Of a DNA stretch of 64,000 nucleotides, positions 30,123 through 38,940 are shown piece by piece. Every line of letters starts with the position of its first letter. Positions within the stretch are counted from its first letter, which is position 1. Under the pieces are notes generated by a model. It did not search any database. It had not been told where the DNA came from and saw only the letters and a list, made by a program, of their open reading frames with translations. A program made the translations under genes and the position numbers. Source of the stretch: Sphaerochaetaceae bacterium (lineage in GTDB: Bacteria > Spirochaetota > Spirochaetia > Sphaerochaetales > Sphaerochaetaceae); contig CAXXHV010000001.1 of NCBI GenBank assembly GCA_963678575.2, forward strand, positions 298,543 to 362,542, read 5' to 3'.

Positions 30123-30871
30123 GTTAATTCCTCAATTTGTTTAATTTTGTTTTCAGCAAGAGGGACATAGACTCCATGATTTCTTAGATGAGGTAGTACT
30201 TTAGCACTCTTTTCTTCTATTAAAACTTTTCCTTTTTCAAGTAGAATAATTTTTTGTGAATGAGCAGCAATTTTATCAATTTCATGACTAACAATTATTA
30301 TGGTATGTCCTTCCTTTTGTAATAGAAGGAGCGTTGATAAAACTTGAATAACTCCAGGGTAATCTAGATTTGCAAAAGGTTCGTCAAGAAAAATAATATC
30401 AGGATTCATTGAAAGAATTCCAGCGATAGCTAACCGTCTTTTTTCGCCACCACTAAGATGATGTGGTTTTGTTTTAAGTTTGTCATCTAAAGATAATAAT
30501 TTTGATACTTCTTGTAATTTATTTTGTTTGGTTATTGAATCGAGTTTAAGATTTTCCATTCCAAATAAAATATCTTTTTCAACTGTTTGTCCAATAATTT
30601 GACTATCTGCATCCTGGAAAACTAATCCAATTCTACGTCTACGTTCTTTTAGATTTGAAGATAGGTCATTATTATTTATTATAATATTACCACTATTTGA
30701 TTTTAATAAGCCTTTGATACATTTTAATAAAATTGATTTTCCAGATCCATTAGCTCCCGCAATTATGCAAAGAGAACCTTTCTCTACCGAGAAAGATATA
30801 TCAGATAATATTTTCTTATCCTTATTAAATGAAAAATTGAGATTTTCTATTTTTAATATTGGGTTGTTCAT
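30107..30871 (-). CDS. ecfA: ECF transporter ATPase component (ABC ATPase)
   Basis: Walker A GANGSGKS, signature LSGGEKRRLA, Walker B IIFLDEP, H-loop SHE. Confidence 0.85.
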   Translation of the reverse strand: MNNPILKIENLNFSFNKDKKILSDISFSVEKGSLCIIAGANGSGKSILLKCIKGLLKSNSGNIIINNNDLSSNLKERRRRIGLVFQDADSQIIGQTVEKDILFGMENLKLDSITKQNKLQEVSKLLSLDDKLKTKPHHLSGGEKRRLAIAGILSMNPDIIFLDEPFANLDYPGVIQVLSTLLLLQKEGHTIIIVSHEIDKIAAHSQKIILLEKGKVLIEEKSAKVLPHLRNHGVYVPLAENKIKQIEELTWLNH

Positions 30872-30878
30872 AACAAAG

Positions 30879-30907
30879 ATATTACATTTTTGAAAAATTC
30901 TTGTAAA
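30879..30907 (-). promoter_or_regulatory. Sigma-70 promoter TTTACA-17-TAATAT, 7 nt upstream of the ecfA ATG (leaderless candidate)
   Basis: Minus strand reads TTTACAagaatttttcaaaaatgTAATATctttgttATG. No SD between the -10 and the start. Confidence 0.6.
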
Positions 30908-30952
30908 TATAAAAATAGATGATTGTTAATTATTTATTTAAAATTTGGTTAA

Positions 30953-30988
30953 CAATAAAAAACACTTCTTGTTTTCATAGAAGTGTTT
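30953..30988 (-). terminator. Intrinsic terminator after tetR (minus strand)
   Basis: AAACACTTCT-(9 nt)-AGAAGTGTTT perfect 10-bp stem, followed by a T-run on the minus strand. Confidence 0.85.
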
Positions 30989-31007
30989 AACATGATTTAT
31001 ATATATT

Positions 31008-31598
31008 TTATTCTTGGATTAAATATGTTCCCATTCCATTAAAAACAACTTTTGCAACAAAATTGCTTATTTGAACAATACTCATTTCACTATCATTTCT
31101 TATCCAACTCATAAATACTTTATGCATAGATGAAGAAATAATTAAACATAAATATTCGATTTGTTCTATTGGAAGTTCACAAATAGGCTCTATCACTTCA
31201 TAAAGCTTTGAGAATAAAGCATCCCCTATATGATCTGAAAAAGTGTTTGCAAAACTAGATTGAGCAATCTTTTTATAATAATCTAAATCATCATTAAAAT
31301 ATTTATCTAAATTGTAAAAAATATCAAAGAAAAACTTTGAATTATTTGAGTATTTTAAATTTTTTGTTGCTTCATGAAAAGCGTCGATTAATTCTTGTTC
31401 AAAGTCATCTAAAACATTACTAATTTTGTCATAATGTATGTAAAATGTTTTTCTGCTAATATTTGCTTGCTTAGTTAATTCTGTAATTGTAATTTTACTT
31501 AATTCTTTTTTATCAAGCAATTGAAATAATGCAAGCCTTATTGCTTTTTTTGTTTTTGCTGGGCGTCTGTCTTTTGCACGCTTTTTCCCTTGTTCCAT
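31008..31598 (-). CDS. TetR/AcrR family transcriptional regulator
   Basis: N-terminal HTH ITITELTKQANISRKTFYIHYDKI, about 195 aa. Confidence 0.85.
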   Translation of the reverse strand: MEQGKKRAKDRRPAKTKKAIRLALFQLLDKKELSKITITELTKQANISRKTFYIHYDKISNVLDDFEQELIDAFHEATKNLKYSNNSKFFFDIFYNLDKYFNDDLDYYKKIAQSSFANTFSDHIGDALFSKLYEVIEPICELPIEQIEYLCLIISSSMHKVFMSWIRNDSEMSIVQISNFVAKVVFNGMGTYLIQE

Positions 31599-31631
31599 AA
31601 AATGTAACTCCTATTTCGGTTGATTATATAA

Positions 31632-31654
31632 TATCACTCATTACATGAGTAATA
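31632..31654. promoter_or_regulatory. Candidate TetR operator palindrome
   Basis: TATCACTCAT-tac-ATGAGTAATA (9 of 10 arm positions complementary), 34-56 bp upstream of the tetR start. Confidence 0.45.
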
Positions 31655-32163
31655 TGGAAAAAAAAATATGTCAATAGAAAAATAACTCAAGACAAATTAA
31701 TTTCTTATTTTATGACCAAATTTTAATAATTTGTTGATATTTATATAAATTACAAAATTTATGTTATATTTATATTTGCTTAAAGACTTTTTTTAATAGG
31801 TTTTTTATTTTTTACGATAATAGGAAAAATGTAATAGAAAAATAAATGATATCGATAAATATATATCTATTTAATCATGTGTTTATAACATTTTATATGT
31901 TAATATTTTGATATTTTACTTATTCCAAAATTATTATTCATTAGAGTTTTTTTTGAAAGGTTAAAAATTTATTATAACATATTGTTTTTATTTGTTGTAC
32001 TTTTTTTTAAGTAATTTACTAAAATTTTACTATCATAATAAATACAAAATATTATTATTTAACTTTAGAAAATGTTTGGTAATTAATTAGTAAAAACTAT
32101 TTGTTATCTTTAATTTTTTTTGTGTTAATTCTATACTATCAAAAATTATAAATTGAGGGTTAT

Positions 32164-33213
32164 ATGTATAGTTTTAGAAATGATTATAGTGAATTGTGTC
32201 ATCATCAGGTATTAAAGGCTCTTGGAGAAAAAAATAAAGTTCAGTTAGATGGATATGGTGAAGATATAATTACTGAGCAGATTAAAATTAAAATAAAAAA
32301 AATGCTACAAAATGACAATGTTGATATTCATTTTTTAAGCGGAGGAACTCAAACAAACCTTGTTGCAATTTCAACAATTTTAAAACCTTATCAAGCTGTT
32401 ATTGCTGCAGAAAGTGCACATATTGCAACACATGAATGTGGGGCTATAGAAGCAACTGGACATAAAGTGATTACATTAAATACAAATGATGGGAAATTGA
32501 ATGCAAATCAAATAAAAGCTGTTATTGAAAATCATTATAATGACGAAGCTAGAGAGCATATTACTCAACCCGGGATGGTTTATATTTCAAATCCAACTGA
32601 ATATGGGACAATTTATAAAAAAGCTGAGTTAATTAAAATTAAAAACTTATGTGATAAATTTGAAATCCCTTTATATATTGATGGAGCAAGATTAGCTCAA
32701 GGTTTAATGAGTATATCTTCTGATATATCAATTTCTGATTTACCTAATCTTTGTGATATGTTTTATATCGGAGGAACAAAAAATGGAGCAATGTTTGGGG
32801 AATGTTTAGTTATTGTAAACGATAAATTTAAAAAAGATTTTAGATATAATTTAAAACAAAAAGGAGCTTTATTAGCAAAAGGATTTGCAATTGCAATTCA
32901 ATTTGAGGCTTTATTTGAAAAAGATTTATTCTTTAAGTTAGCAAAAGATGCAAATAGAAAAACAAAATTAATAAATGATGAATTACAGAAACTTGGAATT
33001 AAAATGTTGGTAATTCAAGAAAGTAATCAAATTTTCCCTATTTTAGAAAATACAATCATTGAAGAACTTCGAAAAAATTATTTATTTTATGATTGGGCTA
33101 AAATTGATGATAATTGTACAGCAATTAGACTTTGTATTTCTTGGGCAACAGAAGATAATACAGTAAAAGATTTTATTAATAATGTTAAAAAATTAAAAAA
33201 GAAAGAGTATTAA
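32164..33213 (+). CDS. Threonine aldolase-like / beta-eliminating lyase family PLP enzyme
   Basis: N-terminal FRNDYSE..H..VL.AL and GGTKNGAMFGE (PLP-Lys region) resemble the low-specificity threonine aldolase family. GAGGG RBS. Confidence 0.65.
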   Translation: MYSFRNDYSELCHHQVLKALGEKNKVQLDGYGEDIITEQIKIKIKKMLQNDNVDIHFLSGGTQTNLVAISTILKPYQAVIAAESAHIATHECGAIEATGHKVITLNTNDGKLNANQIKAVIENHYNDEAREHITQPGMVYISNPTEYGTIYKKAELIKIKNLCDKFEIPLYIDGARLAQGLMSISSDISISDLPNLCDMFYIGGTKNGAMFGECLVIVNDKFKKDFRYNLKQKGALLAKGFAIAIQFEALFEKDLFFKLAKDANRKTKLINDELQKLGIKMLVIQESNQIFPILENTIIEELRKNYLFYDWAKIDDNCTAIRLCISWATEDNTVKDFINNVKKLKKKEY

Positions 33214-33235
33214 TTTATTTTATCATTTAAAGTTT

Positions 33236-33266
33236 AAAAAGCTGGGATTTGTTCCTAGCTTTTTTT
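33236..33266 (+). terminator. Intrinsic terminator
   Basis: AAAGCTGGGA-tttgt-TCCTAGCTTT (one G:U pair) followed by T-run. Confidence 0.8.
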
Positions 33267-33383
33267 ATAACTTTATAAATTCAATTAGTTGTTATACAAT
33301 ATGAGTGTGACTATATCACTATTATTTTATTAAATTTGATTTATTTTTTTATTATATAATTAATATTATGTTGGAGGCTAATA

Positions 33384-34832
33384 ATGAAAGCATCGATTGG
33401 TTTAATAGGTTTAGCAGTTATGGGAGAAAATCTTGTACTTAACCTTGAAAGTAAAGGCTATAGTGTTGCTGTATATAATAGAACAGTTGAAAAAGTTGAT
33501 AGATTTGTTAATTCAAGAGCAAAGGGAAAGAATATTATTCCAGCTCATTCTATTGAAGAGTTAGTATCTCTTGTGGAAAAACCTAGAAAGATAATGATGA
33601 TGGTAAGAGCAGGGGAAGCTGTTGATAAGACTATTGATGCCTTACTCCCATATTTAGATGATAATGATATAATAATTGATGGTGGAAATTCAAATTATTT
33701 TGATACTATTAGAAGGCTTGAATATGTTAATTCAAAAGGAAAACTTTATATAGGCGCGGGTGTTTCAGGAGGAGAAGAAGGAGCTTTGTTAGGTCCATCT
33801 ATTATGCCTGGAGGTAACATTGAAGCTTGGAAATCTGTAAAACCTATTTTTCAAAATATAAGTGCAAAAGTTGAAAACAATATTCCTTGTTGTGATTGGA
33901 TAGGACCATCTGGTTCGGGACATTTTGTAAAAATGGTTCATAATGGTATTGAATATGGAGATATGCAACTTATAAGTGAAATTTATGATATTATGAGAAA
34001 AGTTCTTAAATTATCATATAGTGAAATGCATGATATTTTTAAAACCTGGAATAAAGGCCCCCTTAATTCTTATTTGATTGAAATAACAAGTGATATTTTA
34101 GATTATAAAGATGAAAATGGTATACCACTTGTTGAAAATATATTAGATACAGCCGGTCAAAAAGGTACTGGTAAATGGACTTTAATGAACGCTTTAGATA
34201 ACCAAATTGATTTATCATTAATTGCAGAGTCTGTTTTTGCTCGAATTATTAGTTCGCAAAAAGATGATAGAGAAATTGCATCAAAAGAATTCGCAACTGT
34301 TGAGGGTGAAAAAATTAAAGATAATGCAAAAGTAATCGAAGATCTTCATGATGCATTATTTGCTGCAAAAATAATTTCATATGCTCAAGGTTTTGATTTG
34401 ATAAGAAAGGTTTCAAATGAAAATAATTGGGATTTAGATTTAGGAAATATTTCCTTATTATGGAGAGGTGGGTGTATTATTAGATCCTCCTTTTTATCAA
34501 ATATAAGTGAGGCTTATAAAACTAATTCTAATTTGAAAAATTTAATTTTGGATCCATATTTTAAAGATATTTTACAAAAAACAAATATGAGCCTTAGACG
34601 TATTGTTTCACTAGCTGTATTAAATGGAGTTGCTACCCCTTCTCTTAATGCTGCTATTTCGTTTTTTGATAGTTACCGTTCTAACGATTTACCAACAAAT
34701 TTAATTCAAGCTCAAAGAGATTATTTTGGGGCTCATACTTATGAGAGAAAAGATAAAGAGCGAGGGATATTCTATCATACAAATTGGACTAGTCGTGGAG
34801 GAAATACCGCTTCTTCTACTTATTCAATATAG
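33384..34832 (+). CDS. gnd: 6-phosphogluconate dehydrogenase, decarboxylating
   Basis: IGLIGLAVMGENL.LN, GGNS.Y.DT.RR, GSGHFVKMVHNGIEYGDMQLI, QRDYFGAHTYER. Confidence 0.95.
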   Translation: MKASIGLIGLAVMGENLVLNLESKGYSVAVYNRTVEKVDRFVNSRAKGKNIIPAHSIEELVSLVEKPRKIMMMVRAGEAVDKTIDALLPYLDDNDIIIDGGNSNYFDTIRRLEYVNSKGKLYIGAGVSGGEEGALLGPSIMPGGNIEAWKSVKPIFQNISAKVENNIPCCDWIGPSGSGHFVKMVHNGIEYGDMQLISEIYDIMRKVLKLSYSEMHDIFKTWNKGPLNSYLIEITSDILDYKDENGIPLVENILDTAGQKGTGKWTLMNALDNQIDLSLIAESVFARIISSQKDDREIASKEFATVEGEKIKDNAKVIEDLHDALFAAKIISYAQGFDLIRKVSNENNWDLDLGNISLLWRGGCIIRSSFLSNISEAYKTNSNLKNLILDPYFKDILQKTNMSLRRIVSLAVLNGVATPSLNAAISFFDSYRSNDLPTNLIQAQRDYFGAHTYERKDKERGIFYHTNWTSRGGNTASSTYSI

Positions 34833-34843
34833 GAGTTAAAATT

Positions 34844-36343
34844 ATGAATGAGCAATTCATTTTTATTATATTTGGAGCAAGTGGAGATTTAGCTCAAAGA
34901 AAATTGCTTCCTGCTTTATATAAATTAAGTTTAAAAAAAATGTTTTCTGTTCCATTAAAAATTCTTGCAATAGGAAGAAGAGATATAACGACTCATGAAT
35001 TTGTAAGTACAGTAAAAAATTCATTATCCCAAAAAGTAAATAGCAATCAAGATGAAATTAACAGTTTCATTGATAGCATTTCTTATTACAAGATGGATTT
35101 GCATGACAGTGACAAATATAATGAATTAAAAAGCTATTTAAATTCTAATTATAAATATCATAACTATATTTATTATTATGCAATTTCACCTGAATTATAC
35201 TGTCCTGTTTCTAAATATCTTTACAATGTTCAACTTACTGATGAAGTAGATGGTTTTAAAAGAGTAATTATAGAAAAGCCTTTTGGTCATGATTTATCAA
35301 GTGCAATAAACTTAAACAATGAATTGCATAGATTTTTTAAAGAAGAACAACTTTTTAGAATTGATCATTATTTAGGCAAGGAAACTGTTCAAAATATTTT
35401 GGTAACTAGGTTTGCAAATGGAATTTTTGAACCGCTTTGGAATAGAAATTATATAGATTTTGTTGAAATAACATCAGCAGAATCTTTATCTGTAGGAACT
35501 CGAGCTGGTTATTATGATAAAGCTGGAGCCTTAAGAGATATGGTTCAGAATCATTTATTACAAGTTTTAGCTTTAATCGCAATGGAACCCCCTATAAATA
35601 CTTCTTCAAAAGCTTTAAGAGATGAAATGGTTAAAGTATTTCAGTCTTTGAGAAAAATAAAAAAAGAGGAAGTTGAAGATTTAGTCGTAAGAGGTCAGTA
35701 TGTAAACTCAATATATAAAGGTAAAGAAATCTTAGGATATAGGGATGAAAAAGGAATTAGTGAAAATTCTAAAACTGAAACTTATGTTGCTTTAAAATGT
35801 TATATTGACAATTGGCGATGGAGTGATATTCCTTTTTATATCAAAACAGGAAAAGCTTTGGCTACAGATGTTACAGAAGTTGTAATTCATTACAGAGCTA
35901 ATCCACATACAATTTTTAAAAATAATGAAGATATTTCTTCAGAGCATAATCAACTTGTAATTAGAATACAACCTGATGCTGGCTTCTTAGTTACTTTTCA
36001 AATGAAAGTTCCAGGAGCTGGATTTCAAGTCCAACCAGTTAAAATGGATTTTCATTATGCTTCTTTACAAGAGAAAGATATACCTGAAGCATATGAAAGG
36101 CTTATTTATGATTGTGTTATTAATGATTCAACTCTTTATCAAAGAAATGATGCAATAGAATTAACTTGGAATTATGTTCAACCTATCCTTGATGCTTGGA
36201 GTGAAAATGAAGGTATTCCTCTTTATGGATATCCTGCTCGTAGTTGGGGGCCTCAATATATTGAAAATATATTATCTGAAAAAAATCATCATTGGCGATA
36301 CCCATGTAAAAATTTAAGCGATGGAAGGTATTGTGAATTATAA
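34844..36343 (+). CDS. zwf: Glucose-6-phosphate 1-dehydrogenase
   Basis: IFGASGDLA.RKL.PALY, RIDHYLGKE.VQNIL, EKPFG. Confidence 0.95.
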   Translation: MNEQFIFIIFGASGDLAQRKLLPALYKLSLKKMFSVPLKILAIGRRDITTHEFVSTVKNSLSQKVNSNQDEINSFIDSISYYKMDLHDSDKYNELKSYLNSNYKYHNYIYYYAISPELYCPVSKYLYNVQLTDEVDGFKRVIIEKPFGHDLSSAINLNNELHRFFKEEQLFRIDHYLGKETVQNILVTRFANGIFEPLWNRNYIDFVEITSAESLSVGTRAGYYDKAGALRDMVQNHLLQVLALIAMEPPINTSSKALRDEMVKVFQSLRKIKKEEVEDLVVRGQYVNSIYKGKEILGYRDEKGISENSKTETYVALKCYIDNWRWSDIPFYIKTGKALATDVTEVVIHYRANPHTIFKNNEDISSEHNQLVIRIQPDAGFLVTFQMKVPGAGFQVQPVKMDFHYASLQEKDIPEAYERLIYDCVINDSTLYQRNDAIELTWNYVQPILDAWSENEGIPLYGYPARSWGPQYIENILSEKNHHWRYPCKNLSDGRYCEL

Positions 36344-36352
36344 GGATAAAAA

Positions 36353-37051
36353 ATGAGAAAAATTCAAATATTTAATGATAGTTATAGTGCTTGTTATCAT
36401 TTAGCGGAAGATTTAAAAGCTTTAAATAATAAAGAATCAAATATTGCAATTTCAGGAGGATCTTCTCCTTTGTTATTATTTAACATAATGAAAGATAATT
36501 TTGTTGCTTCTGATTTTTCAAATTTAAATTTTTTTTGGGTTGATGAGAGATTTGTTGAAAGTGAAAGTGAAGAAAGTAATTATGGCAATTTTTCTCGAAT
36601 TTTAATTGATAATAAAATAATAAATCGTAATAAAGTATTTCCTATGTATAAAAATGGTACTGCGAATCAGATAATAAAAAAAATAAAGGAAGAAATAAAG
36701 TTAAAAGTTCCATATAAAAATGATATTCCTTTCTTTGATCTAATTATTTTGGGATTAGGTGATGATGGTCATACAGCTTCATTATTTCCTGATAATTTAA
36801 TAGCTCTTGATTCAAATGAAATTATTATTAAAACGGAACATCCAAAATCAAAACAAAAAAGATTGACTCTTACAAAAAATGTTATAAATAATTCATCTAA
36901 AGCAATAATGCTTTGTTTAGGGAAAAATAAAGCTAAAATTGTAAAAGATATTCTAATAAATAATAATAAAGCTTTGCCAGCTTCATATATTCAAAATAAA
37001 TATGAATATATTTGGTACTTAGATGAAGAATCCGCATCTTTGTTAAACTAA
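36353..37051 (+). CDS. pgl: 6-phosphogluconolactonase
   Basis: SGGSSP, W.DER.V, LGLGDDGHTASLFP. Third gene of the gnd-zwf-pgl operon. Confidence 0.85.
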   Translation: MRKIQIFNDSYSACYHLAEDLKALNNKESNIAISGGSSPLLLFNIMKDNFVASDFSNLNFFWVDERFVESESEESNYGNFSRILIDNKIINRNKVFPMYKNGTANQIIKKIKEEIKLKVPYKNDIPFFDLIILGLGDDGHTASLFPDNLIALDSNEIIIKTEHPKSKQKRLTLTKNVINNSSKAIMLCLGKNKAKIVKDILINNNKALPASYIQNKYEYIWYLDEESASLLN

Positions 37052-37099
37052 TTATAAATGATTAGAAAAGTTTTTTTTACTTTTATTAAGAGAAAAAAG

Positions 37100-37137
37100 A
37101 AGAAAGTGTTAATTTTTATAATAATTAACACTTTCTT
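37100..37137 (+). terminator. Perfect 14-15-bp inverted repeat after pgl (probable terminator; possible operator)
   Basis: AGAAAGTGTTAATT-tttataat-AATTAACACTTTCT. The downstream sequence is U-rich but is not a clean T-run. Confidence 0.45.
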
Positions 37138-37163
37138 AACAATTTATTATAATTTCATTAACA
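37136..37163 (+). promoter_or_regulatory. Candidate Pho box upstream of pstS
   Basis: TTAACA-attta-TTATAA-tttca-TTAACA: hexamers phased every 11 bp, 40-67 nt upstream of ATG 37203. Confidence 0.5.
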
Positions 37164-37202
37164 TCTTTAAATTATCTTCTAATCAAAAGATAGGAGATAA
37201 AC

Positions 37203-38045
37203 ATGAAAAAATTATTCTTAATTTTATTAATTGCAATTTCAAGTTTTACTTTGTTTGCAAATGGACAAAGTGAAAGTTCTAAAGTAGAAATTAAAAATTA
37301 TACATTTGGTGGTTCCTCAACAGTAGCTCCAATAGTTAAATCAGTAATACCTGAATTTGAGAAAGAATATCCTTCTGTAAAAGTTGGGTATGAAACATTA
37401 GGTTCATCCACAGGTATTAAACAATTAATTGCTGGAACACTTTCATTAGCGGGTTCTTCAAGAGAATTAAAACAAAGTGAATTAGATAAAAACTGTGTTC
37501 CAACAACTATTGCTTTAGATGGTTTATCAGTTGGCGTTAATTCATCTGTTAATGTTAGTAATTTATCAATTGAACAATTGGCTGCAATTTTTAGTGGTGA
37601 AATAACAAATTGGAATGAAGTTGGTGGTAAAGACTTAAAAATTGAATTAATTGAAAGAGATGAGACTTCTGGAACTTACGGGTCTTTTAATGAGATTGTA
37701 TTAGATTCACAAGGAAAAGAACCAACAAAGAATGCCATTATTGCAAAAGAAAATGGTGAAGTTGCTACAAAAATTGCTTCAACACCGGGTTCAATTGGAT
37801 ATATTGGAATGGCTTTTAATCATATAATTACTAACGCTGGAGGAAAAATATTAAGCATTGATGGAGTAGATCCAACCTCTGAAAATGTTATTAACAAAAC
37901 TTATCCAATTAGTAGATCTTTATTCGTAGTTACTCTTGGAGAACCAAAAGATAATACTGTTGAAAAAGATTTTATAAACTTTTTATTATCTAAGAAAGGT
38001 CAAGCTATTGTTGAAGAAAGTGAATTTATTTCAGTAAATAATTAG
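37203..38045 (+). CDS. pstS: Phosphate ABC transporter substrate-binding protein PstS
   Basis: Signal peptide, GSSTVAP, LSIEQLAAIFSGEITNWNEVGG, ETSGTYG. AGGAG RBS. Confidence 0.88.
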   Translation: MKKLFLILLIAISSFTLFANGQSESSKVEIKNYTFGGSSTVAPIVKSVIPEFEKEYPSVKVGYETLGSSTGIKQLIAGTLSLAGSSRELKQSELDKNCVPTTIALDGLSVGVNSSVNVSNLSIEQLAAIFSGEITNWNEVGGKDLKIELIERDETSGTYGSFNEIVLDSQGKEPTKNAIIAKENGEVATKIASTPGSIGYIGMAFNHIITNAGGKILSIDGVDPTSENVINKTYPISRSLFVVTLGEPKDNTVEKDFINFLLSKKGQAIVEESEFISVNN

Positions 38046-38046
38046 T

Positions 38047-38940
38047 ATGGTTAAAATTAAAAAAAACAGTAGGCGAAGACTTATTGAACAAAGTAGTAAA
38101 ATCTTTTTACTACTTTGTGCTTTAGTTTCAATTATCGCAGTAATTGCAATAACTTTATACATTGTTAATCAAGGAATTCCTTTTTTTTCAAAGGTGAGTA
38201 TGAAGGATTTTCTATTTTCATTTAATTGGGAACCTTCTGCTAGTACGCCTAGCTATGGAATTGCTGCATTTATATTAGCAAGTTTTGAAGTTGTTATAAT
38301 TGCAATAATACTATCATTACCTATAGGCTTAGCTACTTCAATCTATTTAAGTGAATTCGCTAAAGGTAAATTATCAATCGTAATAAAAAATACAATAGAA
38401 CTTTTAGCAGGAATTCCATCTATTATATATGGTTTAATCGGTATAGCTCTTGTAGTTCCTGCAGTAAGAAATGTTTTTGGTGGTAATGGCTATAGTTTGT
38501 TATCAGCTAGTATAATTTTATCAATAATGATTCTTCCAACTATAATTAATATTAGTGAAGTTTCAATTAGAAGTGTGCCTGATTCACTTAGAAAAGCATC
38601 TGTAGCTATGGGTGCAACAAAATGGCAAACCATTTATAAAATTGTAGTTCCTTCAGCTCTTAATGGTATTGTTACATCAATTATACTTGCTTTGGGAAGA
38701 GCTATTGGTGAAACAACAGCTGTTTTATTAGTTGGAGGTAATGCTGCAGTATTGGCAAAAACTCCTATAGACATGGGAAGAACATTAACAATGAATATTA
38801 TAACAGATATGAGTTATGCAGAAGGAACTCATTTGTCAGCTCTTTTTGCAACAGCAATGTTATTATTTATTTTTATATTATTTTTAAACTTCATTGTTGT
38901 TTTTGTAACAAATAGAAGTAGATTAGGACAGAGTGAATGA
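38047..38940 (+). CDS. pstC: Phosphate ABC transporter permease PstC
   Basis: 6 TM segments, EAA-type loop (ASVAMGATKWQTI..V.P). Positioned between pstS and pstA. Confidence 0.9.
   Translation: MVKIKKNSRRRLIEQSSKIFLLLCALVSIIAVIAITLYIVNQGIPFFSKVSMKDFLFSFNWEPSASTPSYGIAAFILASFEVVIIAIILSLPIGLATSIYLSEFAKGKLSIVIKNTIELLAGIPSIIYGLIGIALVVPAVRNVFGGNGYSLLSASIILSIMILPTIINISEVSIRSVPDSLRKASVAMGATKWQTIYKIVVPSALNGIVTSIILALGRAIGETTAVLLVGGNAAVLAKTPIDMGRTLTMNIITDMSYAEGTHLSALFATAMLLFIFILFLNFIVVFVTNRSRLGQSE

Noticed and set aside
37058-37273. 71-aa ORF upstream of and overlapping pstS
   Set aside because: It is a K/I/F/N-rich low-complexity translation of AT-rich promoter DNA. It overlaps the pstS RBS and start and contains the palindrome and Pho-box region.
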